From Octopus sinensis (taxonomy: Eukaryota): a stretch of DNA of 64,000 bases. Where the stretch lies: positions 14,756,001 to 14,820,000 of the forward strand of contig NC_042998.1 in assembly GCF_006345805.1 (NCBI RefSeq), written 5' to 3'. The notes under the pieces were generated by a model. The model worked only from the letters and a program-made list of their open reading frames with translations. It did not search any database and was not told the DNA's origin. Positions 12,406 to 25,107 of this stretch are shown here, one piece after another. A program made the translations under genes and the position numbers. The first letter of the stretch is position 1; every line of letters begins with the position of its first letter.

Positions 12406-13401
12406 ATATATATATAAATATGTATCGTTGACAGAGCGGCTAACCGGCTTCCGTGCCAGTGGAACATAAACGGCACCATTCCAGTGTGATCGTTACCAGC
12501 GTTGCCTTACTGGCACTTGTGCCCCATGCTAGTAAGGTGCTAAGAGCACCATCCGATCATGATCGTTGCCAGAGCAGCCAACTGGCTTCCATGCTGGTGG
12601 CACATAAAAGGCACCATTCCAGACTGATTGTTACCAGTGTCACCTTACTGGAACTTGTGCTGGTGGCATGTGTAAAAACATTCGAGCGAGGTCGTTGCCA
12701 GTACCACCTGACTTGCCCCCGTGCCGGTGGCACGTAAAAAATACCCACTACACTCTCAGAGTGGTTGGCGTTAGGAAGGGCATCCAGCTGTAGAAACTCT
12801 GCCAGATCAAGATTGTAGCCTGGTGCAGCCATCTGGTTCGCCAGCCCTCAGTCAAATTGTCCAACCCATGCTAGCATGGAAAGCGGACATTAAACGATGA
12901 TGATGATGATGATGATGAAGACGACGACGACGTTGATGATGACGACGATGGAGGCGACGGCGATGACGACGATGACGACAGCGAAGGCGATGACGACGAC
13001 GACGACGTTATTCGTTTTTGAAACTCCCTTGAAAACATATCCAGCCTTGTTTGGAAACAAGTGAGGACTGGTAACAGGGTGTCTGGCTTTTAGGAAATCT
13101 GCATAAATATATTCCAGCTAATGTACACAAGCACAGTGGGTGGTGATGGTGGTGGTGGATGCCCAAGAAAGCAGGGCTGGTGTGGTGATCAGCAAATCAG
13201 GGAGTGGCTGTTTTGTGTAGGTGTCAAATTCAGCTTGAACAGAAATTCTTCCCTTACCCAATAGACAGCCTGGTGACTTATAGAAGAATGAGATATTCTA
13301 ACATCTCTTGATAGACTGCTGCATACAGAAATACAGTCACCCCCACAACATATATTCCAGCTGTTAGTAAGGGCTTGAGGTGTCATGACAACAGAAACTT
13401 G

Positions 13402-13799
13402 TACATTATTTACATTATTTACATTTGGCGGATATTTGTCCTCATCTTGTTTGTTGTTGACACAACATTTTAGTTGATATACCCTCCAGCCTTCATCAGG
13501 TGTCTTGGGGATATTTCGAACCTGTTTTCTCATTCCTAAGGTATTTTTTGATGTTATTATTATTATTATTAGTAGTAGTAGTAGTAGTACCTAGAATCAA
13601 ACTCAGAACCTTGGGGTAAGTAGCCCATGTTCTTAACCACTATGCCATATGCCCGTGACCTGAATAATAATAATAATAATAACAACAACAACATCGAAAA
13701 ATACCTTAGGAATGAGAACCCAGGTTCGAAATTTCCCTAAGACACCTTATGAAAGACAAATATCCATTGAATGTAAATAATTTAAATAATGTAAATAAC
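13402..13799. mobile_element. Second foldback pair of the tRNA-head/hammerhead module
   Basis: Minus module 13402-13654 with complete head (13590-13654); plus module 13655-13799 with the hammerhead deleted; TGTAAATAA repeats at both outer ends. Confidence 0.8.
13459..13504 (-). ncRNA. Decayed hammerhead motif (likely inactive)
   Basis: GACAC CUGAUGA A GGCUG...CAACU AAAA UG UU GUGUC: G12 lost and stem II mismatched. Confidence 0.55.
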
Positions 13800-13804
13800 T
13801 TTTA

Positions 13805-14233
13805 GGTGCAGGAGTGGCTGTGTGGTAAGTGGCTTGCTAACCAACCACATGGTTCCAGGTTCAGTCCCACTGCGTGGCATCTTGGGCAAGTGTCTTCTGC
13901 TATAGCCCCGGGCCAACCAATGCCTTGTGAGTGGATTTGGTAGACGGAAACTGAAAGAAGCCTGTTGTATATATGTATATAGATATATATATGTGTGTGT
14001 GTGTGTGTTTGTGTGTCTGTCTTTGTTCCCCTAGCATTGCTTGACAACTGATGCTGGTGTGTTTACGTCCCCGTCACTTAGCGGTTCGGCAAAAGAGACC
14101 GATAGAATAAGTACTGGGCTTACAAAGAGTAAGTCCCGGGGTCGATTTGATCGACTAAAGGCAGTGCTCCAGCATGGCCGCAGTCAAATGACTGAAACAA
14201 GTAAAAGAGTAAAAGAGTAAAGAGTAAAGAGTA
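13805..14233 (+). mobile_element. SINE family A, full-length
   Basis: Complete head, body and (AAGAGTA)n tail. Confidence 0.9.
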
Positions 14234-14639
14234 ATGTACATAATTCCTCATCTCTTAAATATAGAACAGTATTAACAGAAACTTAGTACTGGATTTCAAA
14301 CAGTTACCATGTTTGGAAAAGAAGTGGAGTGGTAGTCCCATTAGGCTAGTCTGGTATGCAAGAAATTCAGCAGGACAAAAACAAGATTAATCAAGAGCTG
14401 CTTGGACTCAGAGTGGGGGTCAGTGACTATCTGCAAATAGCGCATGGGAACAGAGAAACACTCAAGGCAGTGAATGGGTGCACTTGATGAACGAAGGACT
14501 CCTTGCTCTTGTGAGAAAATTTGTCTCGGAGATAAGTTGATTGGGCACTTTAGACATAGTGTGGGGAAATTGTCGGGGAGATGTAAAACTCTAAATTCAA
14601 ACTGTAGCTGTCCTGTTGTTGAGAAGGATTAAGAGATGG

Positions 14640-14773
14640 AGTCATCATCATCGTCATCATCAATGTCATCAATGTCATCAGTGTCATCATCATCATCATC
14701 GTCTTCTTCTTCTTCTTCTTCATCATCATCATCGCCGTCGTCGTCGTCATCATCATCGTCGTTGTCGTCGTCG

Positions 14774-14817
<44 letters not shown>

Positions 14818-14951
14818 GTCATCATCATCATCGTCATCATCAATGTCATCAATGCCATCATCATCATTGTCGTCTTCATCATCATCATAATATCATCATC
14901 ATCATCATCGTCATCATCAATGTCATCAATGCCATCATCATCATTGTCGTC

Positions 14952-14984
<33 letters not shown>

Positions 14985-15131
14985 GTCATCATCATCATCA
15001 TCATCGTCATCATCAATGTCATCAATGTCATCAATGCCATCATCATCATTGTCGTCTTCATCATCATCATCATTATCATCATCATCATCGTCATCATCAA
15101 TGTCATCAATGCCATCATCATCATTGTCGTC

Positions 15132-15164
<33 letters not shown>

Positions 15165-15340
15165 GTCATCATCAATGTCATCAATGCCATCATCATAATT
15201 GTCGTCGTCATCATCATCATCATCATCATCAATGTCATCAATGTCATCAATGTCATCATCATCATCATCGTCATCACCGTCGTCGTCGCCATCGTCATCA
15301 TCATCATCATCATCATCATCATCACATCATCATCATCATG

Positions 15341-15393
<53 letters not shown>

Positions 15394-15535
15394 GTCATCA
15401 TCATCATCATCGTCATCGTCATCATCATCATCATCGTCATCGTCATCATCTATCATCATCGTCATCGTCATCATCATCATCATCATCGTCGTCATCGTCG
15501 TCATCATCATCATCATCGTCATCATCATCATTTAA
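14640..15535. repeat. ~900 bp complex (CAT)n/(CGT)n array with higher-order units
   Basis: Recurring CATCAATGTCATCAATGCCATCATCATCATTGTCGTCTT blocks; right end is continuous with a minus-strand family B tail. Confidence 0.95.
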
Positions 15536-15630
15536 TATCTGTTTTTTTCTTATTGGCATGGGTTGGACAGTTTAACAAGAACAGGTGAGACAGTTCTGTG
15601 TCTGCTTTGGCATGGTTTCTACAACTTGAA

Positions 15631-16048
15631 AGGCAGCGAGCTGGCAGAATCGTTAGCACGTCGGGCGAAATGCGTAGCCGTATTTCGTCTGCCATTAAGT
15701 TCTGAGTTCAAATTCCGCCAAGGTTGACTTTGCCTTTCATCCTTTCGGGGTCGATTAAATAAGTACCAGTTATGCACTGGGGTCAATATAATCGACTTAA
15801 TCCATGTGTCTGTCCTTGTTTATCCTCTCTGTGTTTAGCCCCCTGTGAGTAGTAAAGAAATAGGTATTTTGTCTGCCATTACGTTCTGAGTTCAAATTCC
15901 GCCGGGGTCGACTTTGCCTTTCATCCTTTCAGGGTCGATTAAATAAGTACCAATTACGCACTGGGGTCAATATAATCGACTTAATCCATGTGTCTGTCCT
16001 TGTTTGTCCTCTCTGTGTTTAGCCCCTTGTGGGTAGTAAAGAAATAGG
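15631..16048 (+). mobile_element. tRNA-derived SINE family E (Meta-domain-like), dimer
   Basis: Head AGGCAGCGAGCTGGCAGAATCG, B box GAGTTCAAATTCC, body GCCTTTCATCCTTTCGGGGTCGATTAAATAAGTACCAG; second unit starts at 15865; GGTTTCTACA occurs on both sides. Meta-domain resemblance is from memory. Confidence 0.8.
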
Positions 16049-17333
16049 TTTCTACAGCTGGACACACTTCCTAATGCCAACCACTTAACAGAGTACACTG
16101 GGTCCTTTTTAAGTGGCACCAACACTGACAGGGTCGCCAGGTATTCACTATATAAGACTCCTCAACTAAGATAGGTATAAGGTTGAAGGAATAAGAAACT
16201 ATGGCAGAGGGAGAGGAGGAGCAGTTGTATAAAATTTGAGTAATGACACATACATGTTTAATGAACTGGAAATGTGCAATCAAAACCTTGAATAAAATTA
16301 ATAACACTCCTCTAATGTTAAACAAACTTTCACCTTGGTGTTCATGAGTCTTATGAATTGACACAGATCAAAGAGCGATCACACCTGAATTACGCTGACA
16401 GGTAGAGCTGAGTGGTTAAGAAAATTGTTTTATAACCATGAGGCCCTGGATTGGATGGCCTGGACCTCCAATTCAAAGGTTCTGTTTTGTTACATAGTGT
16501 CACCTTGAATCTGTGAGAGAATTACATTAAGGTTACCAACATCGCTTGACAACCGATGTTGGTGTGCTTGTGTCCCCATGGCATAGTGGTTCAGCAAAAG
16601 ACACCGATAGAATATATACTAGGCTTCCAAAGAATAAGTCCTGGGATTGATTTGTTCAACTAAAGGCGGTGCTCCAGCATGGCCACAGTCAAATGACTGA
16701 AACGAGTAAAAAAAAAATGTGAGTGGAATATTTAGCCACTTCACACATACAGGTTTCAAATTTTGGCACAAGACCAGCAATTTTGAGGGTTGAAATAAAT
16801 CGGTTCATCCAATCCCAGTGCTCAACTGGTACTTAATTCTAAAAGGGATGAAAGATAAAGTTGACCTTGGCTGAATTTGAACTCAGAACGTAAAGCCAGA
16901 TGAAATGCCACTAAGCATTTTGCCAAATGTGCTAACAATCCTGCCAGTTCTCCACCTTAGCCACATTACCTGTACAGGTCATCATTGACTTACGACCTAT
17001 CCAACTTATGACTGATCAACTTTACAATGATTGGCATACCAACTACCGGCAGCAATAATAAATAGTCTAGTTGAAATCTAATGGGTTTAATTTCTTAGAA
17101 ATTAACCCGTCTGTGGGTGATGTCAGCTAACAAATGCTTCCCCTAGGTTTGGTCATCAATTGATGCTGTAGTTATTCCAAGTGAAGGATGAATAGCCTGT
17201 CATGGAGACATCGAGGCAACTTCATATTTGTTTTTAAGATGACTGCCTGAGACTCTGGAATGTTTTACTAATGCCAGTATAATAGTATAATACAGAATGC
17301 TGTGTGTGACTTTTGCCTGAGAATGTACCTTAA

Positions 17334-17535
17334 CCCTTTCGTTACTGTATTTCTGTTGAGATGCTCTGTGTTTCTTCCAATTACTTTAAATATAACAAAG
17401 AATATAGTAAAATAACTTTGTTAGGAATATAAATTATGACTAAGATTGGTGGAAGATTTTAATTCAAACCTTATGAAAACAAGACATTTGTATTCAAAGC
17501 CAGAGCCGGTTTCATCTGGGTTGATAACGAAAGGG
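17334..17535. mobile_element. TTAA-flanked MITE (piggyBac-type termini), family F
   Basis: TTAA|CCCTTTCGTTA...TAACGAAAGGG|TTAA. Confidence 0.85.
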
Positions 17536-17959
17536 TTAAGAATGTAAAAATATAAAACAAAGTTATGCAGACCAATAGGCCAACTTATGACCAAATTGAC
17601 TTAAGACCAGTCACCCGGAACCTGTTGTGGTCATAAGTCAATGATGACCTGTATTACAATGAGGACATGGCTTAGTTGTTTCGACAGGTACTCCACCTGT
17701 TACAATGATGAGTTTTCCAGTCGATTCAACCACCCAAACAGCCTACAGGTGAAATAAATGTGCAAGTGGCTGTACACCTGTAACCCTATAGCATTCAGGT
17801 TACTCTGTCAAATGTTGTTGTTGTTGTTGTGACCCCCCTTCAGTCATGAATGACCATGGGATTACACCTAGAAAGTTACCCTCCCAGGCACAAGTCTGGG
17901 CAAGGTTGTTTATGGAAGACCAGCAGTCACCCATGCATACCAGCCTGTAATGTCACAGC

Positions 17960-18278
17960 TAATTTATTAATGTGCAAGTGGCTGAGCACTCCACAGGCAC
18001 GTGTACCCTTAACGTAGTTCTCGGGGAGATTCAGCATGACACAGAGGGTGATAAGGCTGGCCCTTTGAAATACAGGTACAACAGAAACAGGAAGAAAGAG
18101 TGAGAGAAAGTTGTGGTGAAAGAGTACAGCAGGGATCACCACCACACCCTGCCTTAGCCTCATGGAGCTTTAGGTGTTTTTGCTCAATAAACACTCACAA
18201 TGCCCAGTCTGGGAATCGAAACCACGATCCTCCGACCGCGAGTCCGCTGCCATAACCACTGGGCCATTGCGCCTCCAC
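17960..18278 (-). mobile_element. tRNA-derived SINE family D
   Basis: Minus head GGAGGCGCAATGGCCCAGTGGTTA...GTTTCGATTCCC. Confidence 0.8.
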
Positions 18279-18664
18279 CTGTCAAATGTAATGCTTAATT
18301 TGTTCACATTGTTTTAAATTAATCATGCATTATCTCGTAGCTTTGAAATTTGGTGATGTGATTATTTTTAGAATGACATTGTAGGGTAAGTTTGAGAGGC
18401 CTGATCTGATCAGTTTGGACATAAAGCAAGTAGAATATTTGGGCTGGGTATAACTGGTTTGAGTACTAAAGGGGTACTGTAGTTCTCGGGGAGATTCAAC
18501 GTAAGACAGACTGTGACAAGGCTGGCCCCATGATTTACTGATACAGCTCATCTCCCCCAGCTGAATAAACAGGAGCAACATGAAATAAAGGGTCAGGCAC
18601 AAGGATATGACACCCCACTGGAGATTGAACTCACAACTCTATGATCATGAACCAAATACTCTAA

Positions 18665-18897
18665 CCTATTTCTTTACTACCCACAAGGGGCTAAACACAG
18701 AGAGGAAAAACAAGAACAGACAAATGGATTAAGTCGATTATATTGACCCCAGTGCATAACTGGTACTTATTTAATCGACCCCGAAAGGATGAAAGGCAAA
18801 GTCGACCTTGGCGGAATTTGAACTCAGAACGTAACGGCAGACGAAATACGGCTACGCATTTCGTCCGGCGTGCTAACATTTCTGCCAGCTCACCGCC
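18665..18897 (-). mobile_element. SINE family E monomer
   Basis: Reverse complement of 15631-15864. Confidence 0.85.
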
Positions 18898-19267
18898 CTT
18901 AAATACTCTAACCATTAGCTCACGTACTTCCATGTTGCTAAATTGACTGAACAACTGAATTCTCATAAATCAAAATCAATGGATGAATTCATCGTCATCA
19001 TCATTGTCATTGTCATCGTCGTTGTTTTAAATGCCCACTTTTTTCATGCTTGCCTCAGCGAGACAGAATTCATTCAAGAATATTTTCTATGGTTGGGCAT
19101 GTTCTCACAGAAGTTCAATAATGAAGGAAGATTGCTTTTATGATGATGACATTCATTTATAATTAATGTGTGATGTCTAGGCAAAGAGACACAAACACAC
19201 ATCCACACACACACACACAGCCCCATCTACACACAGATACACACATACACACACAAACATATACATA

Positions 19268-20114
19268 CGTGGTCTGATCAATAAGTAACTGGAATGTTGC
19301 TATAGTGATGAAGCTAAAACACAGAAAGTGAAACCACTTGGCACAGATTGACCTTGAACTCTGCTGTGCAGGCACACTAAGTTTTAACGTCCTACTGTTT
19401 ACAGCAGTGCTTGGAAGGGAGGTGTGTAGTGTGTGATCATCGCATTGACCATGACAGAGAAAAGCTTGGCAATCCCTGCTCAGGGCCCTACACAAAGTTT
19501 TCAAAAGGTTTTCATCATTCTTCACCCAATCAAGATCTTATGCAACTGAAACCTGAGTGTCTTTTTGGTCAGCTGAAAGCCGTTTTGGCACAAAATTGGC
19601 AGACACACATCTCATACCCAAATCTTCAGTGATAATGGACTGAACTGAACTGTAACTAATCTGCACATCCTCTGATAACTCACAGATGGTGATTTGATGA
19701 TTTCCCCTCACGGCTGCATGCACATCTGCAATGTTTCCCTCAGTTCTGCTGGTTGTGGGTCTCCCAAAACGTTTGTCACTATCAACATTTTTTCAGCCTT
19801 CTTGTAAACATCTGACCCACTCATGCACTTGTGTGCAGCTCATACACTCCTCTCCATACACTTTCTGCAACTTTGCATAGACCTCTGAGCAGGTGTTGTC
19901 ATGACAACTTTCTCTGTCATGGTTAATGCGACGATCACACGCTACGCACCTTCCTTCCAAGCACTGCTGTTAACAGCAGAAGTGAACTAGAACATTAAAA
20001 TTTAGTGCACATGTACAACAGAGTTTAAGGTTAATCTGTGCCTTGTGGCTTTACTCTGCATGCTTTAGCTTTGTTACAATGGCAACAGTTCAGATACTTA
20101 TTGATCAGACCTTG
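19268..20114. mobile_element. Mariner derivative made of two converging 5' ends, TA-flanked
   Basis: ~200 bp inverted arms starting GGTCTGATCAATAAGTA, each running to ATGACAGAGAAA; minus-strand transposase N-terminus (GRPTTSRT...ITICELSEDVQISYSSVQSIITEDLGMRCVSANFVPKRLS). Confidence 0.8.
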
Positions 20115-20118
20115 TATA

Positions 20119-20226
<108 letters not shown>

Positions 20227-20388
20227 TGTATGAGCTGCTTGAAGCCTACCAAATCTACTCACAAAGGTTTGGCTGGCCTGATGCTATATTAGAAGACAAC
20301 CAAGGGGCTATGCAATGGGACTGAACCCAAAATTACATGGTTGTGAAGGAAATTTCTTAACCACACCCCCATGTCTATTATACATTCT

Positions 20389-20441
<53 letters not shown>

Positions 20442-20444
<3 letters not shown>

Positions 20445-20855
20445 ATTTCTTTATTGCCCACAAGGGGCTAAACATAGAGGGAACAAACAAGGACAGACAA
20501 AGGGATTAAGTCGATTACATCGACCCAGTACGTAACTGGTACTTAATTTATCAACCCCAAAAGGATGAAAGGCAAAGTCGACCTCAGCGGAATTTGAACT
20601 CAGAACATAACAGCAGACGAAATACCTATTTCTTTACTACCCACAAGGGGCTAAACACAGAGAGGACAAACAAGGACAGACAAACGGATTAAGTTGATTA
20701 TACTGGCCCCTGTGCATAAGTGGTACTTATTTAATCGACCCTGAAAGGATGAAAGGCAAAGTCGACCTTGGCGGAATTTGAACTCAGAATGTAGCGGCAG
20801 ACGAAATACCGCTATGCATTTCACCGGCATGCTAATGTTTCTACCAGCTCGTCGC

Positions 20856-20857
<2 letters not shown>
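20442..20857 (-). mobile_element. SINE family E dimer inserted in (TATC)n
   Basis: Same dimer junction (GAAATAGG|TATTTCGTCTGC) as at 15864/15865; (TATC)n on both sides. Confidence 0.82.
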
Positions 20858-20910
<53 letters not shown>

Positions 20911-20937
20911 CTTATCTATGTATCTATCTATCTATCC

Positions 20938-20978
<41 letters not shown>

Positions 20979-20988
20979 CCTATCTATG

Positions 20989-21033
<45 letters not shown>

Positions 21034-21879
21034 GTCTGTCTGTTTGTCTCTCTTTTCTTTTTCTCTCTCCCCTCTCTCTCGCTGTATATATATATGTATA
21101 TGTGTGTATGTGTGTAGATAGCTAGATAGACAGAGGGAGACAGAAAGACGAAGAGATAGATAGATAAATATACATATTTACACATACGTATAAATACATA
21201 CATATACATAATACACACACACACATACATATGTTTACAACATAGATAAAATTATTGTTCTAAAGCCTTAAATTTAATCATTAAATATATACAAAGAAAG
21301 AAAAAATTACACAAATAAAATACACAACATACATATACGTAATTACGTGTTTATGACAAACTGTTTAAACAGAAATGAGCTTTTGCATCCACTAGGATAT
21401 GTACACTGGGTGAGAAAAAATATATTTGATTATATTTCTGATAAGATCAATAACTTCACAATTCTAGTGATTCTTGATTGATGACTTAAACTTAATAAAT
21501 GTAAAATTAATAACAGGGGGGAAAAAAGTAGAGAGTATTTGAAAAAAGAAAAATTTAGTGAAATAAAATTGGAAGATATTTTGTTTGATCAAATAAAGTT
21601 TGTCCATTATTTGAAAGCATGATATATTTTCTTTCCTATATCAGAAAAATACTCTTGAATATTTTTAAATTTTTCTCTGTCATTGTAAAATATCTCTTTT
21701 AAAGTATTTAATATAAATCATTTTACTTTTAAAACAAATAATGTTGTTGTTGTTTTTTTTTCTCTTCTCATTTTTTTTTTTTGTTTGTTTTATTTTTTTG
21801 TTTCATGTGCGGATGATTATGATAACCGAAATGATTCTGTTTTGTGTTGTACACATGATCAGTGTGTGTGTGTGTATAC

Positions 21880-22175
21880 ATATATGTGTGTGTGTATATA
21901 TATATATGTATATATACACATACACACTCACATATATATACACATACAAAGATGTATGTGTGTATATACATATGTATATATATGTATATGTATATGTATA
22001 TATATGTGCATATGTATATGTATGTGTGTGTATATATATATATATATGTATATATACATGCACACATATATATATACATATATATATATACATATATATA
22101 TATACATATATATATATACACATGTATATATATACATATATATACATATATATACATATATATATATATATATAC
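21880..22175. repeat. (TA)/(CA)-rich compound microsatellite
   Basis: Read directly. Confidence 0.9.
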
Positions 22176-22655
22176 ACGAGCGAGAAAGAAGCAACAAGAA
22201 TGGATAGGTTTTTAGTACAATCGTTTCATACAAGGACAGGCTTTATTAAAAGTTGCAAAAATTACAGCATATAAACGTGTCCCGTACTCATCAGCTAAAT
22301 TACATGTGAGTTCTCTAGACATCCTAGTGGTTGAGGCTATACTCATGAAGTAATGTAGATAATTAAGTAACATAAACAGATTTCCAAAGTTCATTAAAGT
22401 TCTTTAAAGATGATGTACAGTCTTATCACAGAATTTTAAAAAAGTTTTAATAGCATCACAGAGAAGGTGACCCAATCCATAGTGCACATATGAATTTCCA
22501 GAGATATGATGAGGGATTACATACTCACAGAAGACAAATTTATCCATTGTTAATCACAACGAGGTGGGTCTCAATTCCTGCTTATTAGCATTACAGAGAG
22601 GGTGAATTAATCCTTTGTATAGATGCACAATTTCCAGTGGTGTATATATATATAC

Positions 22656-22689
<34 letters not shown>

Positions 22690-22869
22690 TATATACATAT
22701 ATATATATATAATATATATATATATATAATATATATATATATAAATACCTTGTTCGAAGGTTCTAATGGACACAGTTTGTGTGTCAAATAGCTATCTTAA
22801 GGCGATGGCCTCATGGAGCTAATCAGCGACAGCTTTTAGTCTTATATCTATAAGACCGCCATTTAGGAA

Positions 22870-23228
22870 GCACTCCGTCGGTTACGACGATGAGGGTTCC
22901 GGTTGATCTGATCAACGGAACAGCCTGCTCGTGAAATTAACGTGTAAGTGACTGAGCACTCCACAGACACGTGTACCCTTAACGTAGTTCTCGAGGATAT
23001 TCAGCGTGACACAGAGTGTGACAAGGCTGGCCCTTTGAAATACAGGTACAACAGAAACAGGAAGTAAGAGTGAGAGAAAGTTGTGGTGAAAGAGTACAGC
23101 AGGAATCACCACCATCCCTGCCGGAGCCTCGTGGAGCTTTAGGTGTTTTCGCTCAATAAACACTCACAACGCCCGGTCTGGGAATCGAAACCGCGATCCT
23201 ACGACCGTGAGTCCGAAACCCTAACCAC
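22870..23228 (-). mobile_element. SINE family D with hairpin-containing tail
   Basis: Family D head and body; tail contains TTCCGGTTGATC-T-GATCAACGGAA. Confidence 0.8.
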
Positions 23229-23302
23229 AAGACCGCCATATTAATATGGCGATAACAATTAACATATATATATATTTATATATACACACACTCATATATA
23301 TA

Positions 23303-23640
23303 ATCATCATCATCATCATCCTCATTTAACATCCGTTGTCCATGATGGGTTGGATGGTTTGACCAGGGCTGGTAAGCTGAGGGGCTGGCTACACCAGACT
23401 CCAGTCTGGTTTGGCATGGATTCTTGGGCTGGATGCCCTTCCTAATGCCAACCACTCCGAGAGTGTAATGGGTGCTTTTGCATGCCACCGGCAATGCCCA
23501 CATTGCCTCTGTGATACCCAATGCTTGAATGGTGCTTTTTTTACACACCACCGGCACAGCCATGTTGCCTCCATGGAGCCTAACACTTAAATGGTGCTTT
23601 TTACATGGCACCGGCACAGATGCCAGTTATGTGGTGCCAG
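23303..23640 (-). mobile_element. Family B (RTE 3' UTR), diverged
   Basis: (CAT)n, GGATGCCCTTCCTAATGCCAACC and GTGCC units. Confidence 0.78.
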
Positions 23641-23762
23641 CATCAGCTATGTCTACGATTTCACAAGGCTGTGTGGTAAGAAGTTTGCTTCCCAACCACA
23701 TGGTTCCAAGTTCAATTCCACTGCGTGGCACCTTGGGCAGGTGTCTTTTACTGTATCTTTAG

Positions 23763-23982
23763 CCCTTTCGTTGCTGTATTTATTTTGAGATGCTATGTGT
23801 TTCTTTCAATTACTTTAAATATGACAAAGAATTTAGTAAAATAACTTAGTTATCATTCAGCTAGTGTTAAGAACATAAATTGTGACTAAGGTTTGGTGCA
23901 AGATTTTAATTCAGAACGACTGAAAACAAGGCATTTGTACTCATAGCCAGAGCTGGTTTCAGCTGGGTTGGTATCAAAAGAG
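23763..23982. mobile_element. Family F MITE
   Basis: CCCTTTCGTT start; body matches 17334-17535. Confidence 0.78.
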
Positions 23983-24002
23983 TTAAATTAATCATTTGTT
24001 AA

Positions 24003-24289
24003 CCCTTTTGTTACCATATTTCTGTTGAGTTGCTCTGTGTTTCGTTCAATTACTTTTAGTATTGATTGATTGATTGATTGATTCTAGTTTCAGCTCATGA
24101 GCTGTGGCCATGCTGGGGCACCGCCATAACAAAGAATTTAGTAAAATAACTTGGTTATCATTCAGCTAGTGATAGGAACATAAATTGTGACTAAGGTTTG
24201 GTGGAAGATTTTAATTCAAAACGACTGAAAACAAGGCATTTGTACTACAGAGACAGAGCCGGGTTTCAGCCGGGTTGGTTATGAAAGGG
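24003..24289. mobile_element. Family F MITE with an internal SINE A tail fragment
   Basis: TTAA|CCCTTTTG...GAAAGGG|TTAA; extra (ATTG)n plus GCCATGCTGGGGCACCGCC inside. Confidence 0.78.
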
Positions 24290-24813
24290 TTAAGCTCACC
24301 AAAGTGTTGTGAGTGGATTTGGTAGACAGAAACTAAAAGAAGCCCATTGTGTATATGCATGTATATATATATATTTATGTGTGTACATGTCTTTCTGTCC
24401 CCCACCACTGTGTGACAACCGGTGTTGGAGTGTTTACAAACCCATAACATAGCAGTTCAGCAAAAGAGACCGATAGAATAAGTACCTCACTTAAAAGACA
24501 ATAAGTCCTGAGGTTGATTTGTTAAGCTAAAATTCTTCAAGGTGGTGCCTTAGCGTGGCTAAAGTCTAATGGTTGAACCAAGTAAAAGATAAACGGTTAT
24601 ATATTTATCATATATATATATAATATATATATAATATATATATATATATAGGCACACATGTGACTGTGTGGTAAGAAACTTGCTTCCAAACCACATGGTT
24701 CCAGGTTCAGTCCCACTGCATGGCACCTTGGGTAAATGGCTTCTGTTCTAGCCTTGGGCTACCCGGAGCCTCGTGATTGGATGTCGTGGACGGAAACTGG
24801 AAGAAGCTCATCG

Positions 24814-24844
<31 letters not shown>

Positions 24845-25107
24845 ACTAAAAATAAGGGTGTCTGAGAGACACCACCATGCCGAAATAGCAGTCAAAACCC
24901 TGACTCTAAAAACCACGTTAAATGTTCATATCGTACCATGAGATAATACAGAGGGACAAAATAGACTAGCACTTGATAATATCGATATTTAAATATCGAT
25001 ATTATCCTTATTTATAAATATATATATATATATATGGGTGTGGGGTTGGGGTGTGTGCATGTGTATATATGTATGCATGCATGTATGTATGTATGTATGT
25101 GTGTGTG

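Larger units (their letters stand above)
8017..13210 (+). repeat. Tandem segmental duplication, copy 2, carrying a ~3 kb RTE insertion
   Basis: 8017-9350 matches 5423-6780 and 12341-13210 matches ~6900-8016; both copies end GGGAGTGGCTG. Confidence 0.85.

Noticed and set aside
11491-12479. 192-290 aa ORFs with repeated CHRHRCQ / WHLCRWH motifs
   Set aside because: They arise from the tandem RTE 3' UTR units and are open on both strands; not a gene.
14616-15588. Long ORFs (319 aa His/Ile-rich, poly-Ser, poly-Met/Asp)
   Set aside because: These are translations of the (CAT)n array, which lacks stops in several frames; there are no splice or coding signals.
21741-22274. Tyr/Ile-rich ORFs here and at 3469-4027 and 45299-45723
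   Set aside because: These are microsatellite translations.
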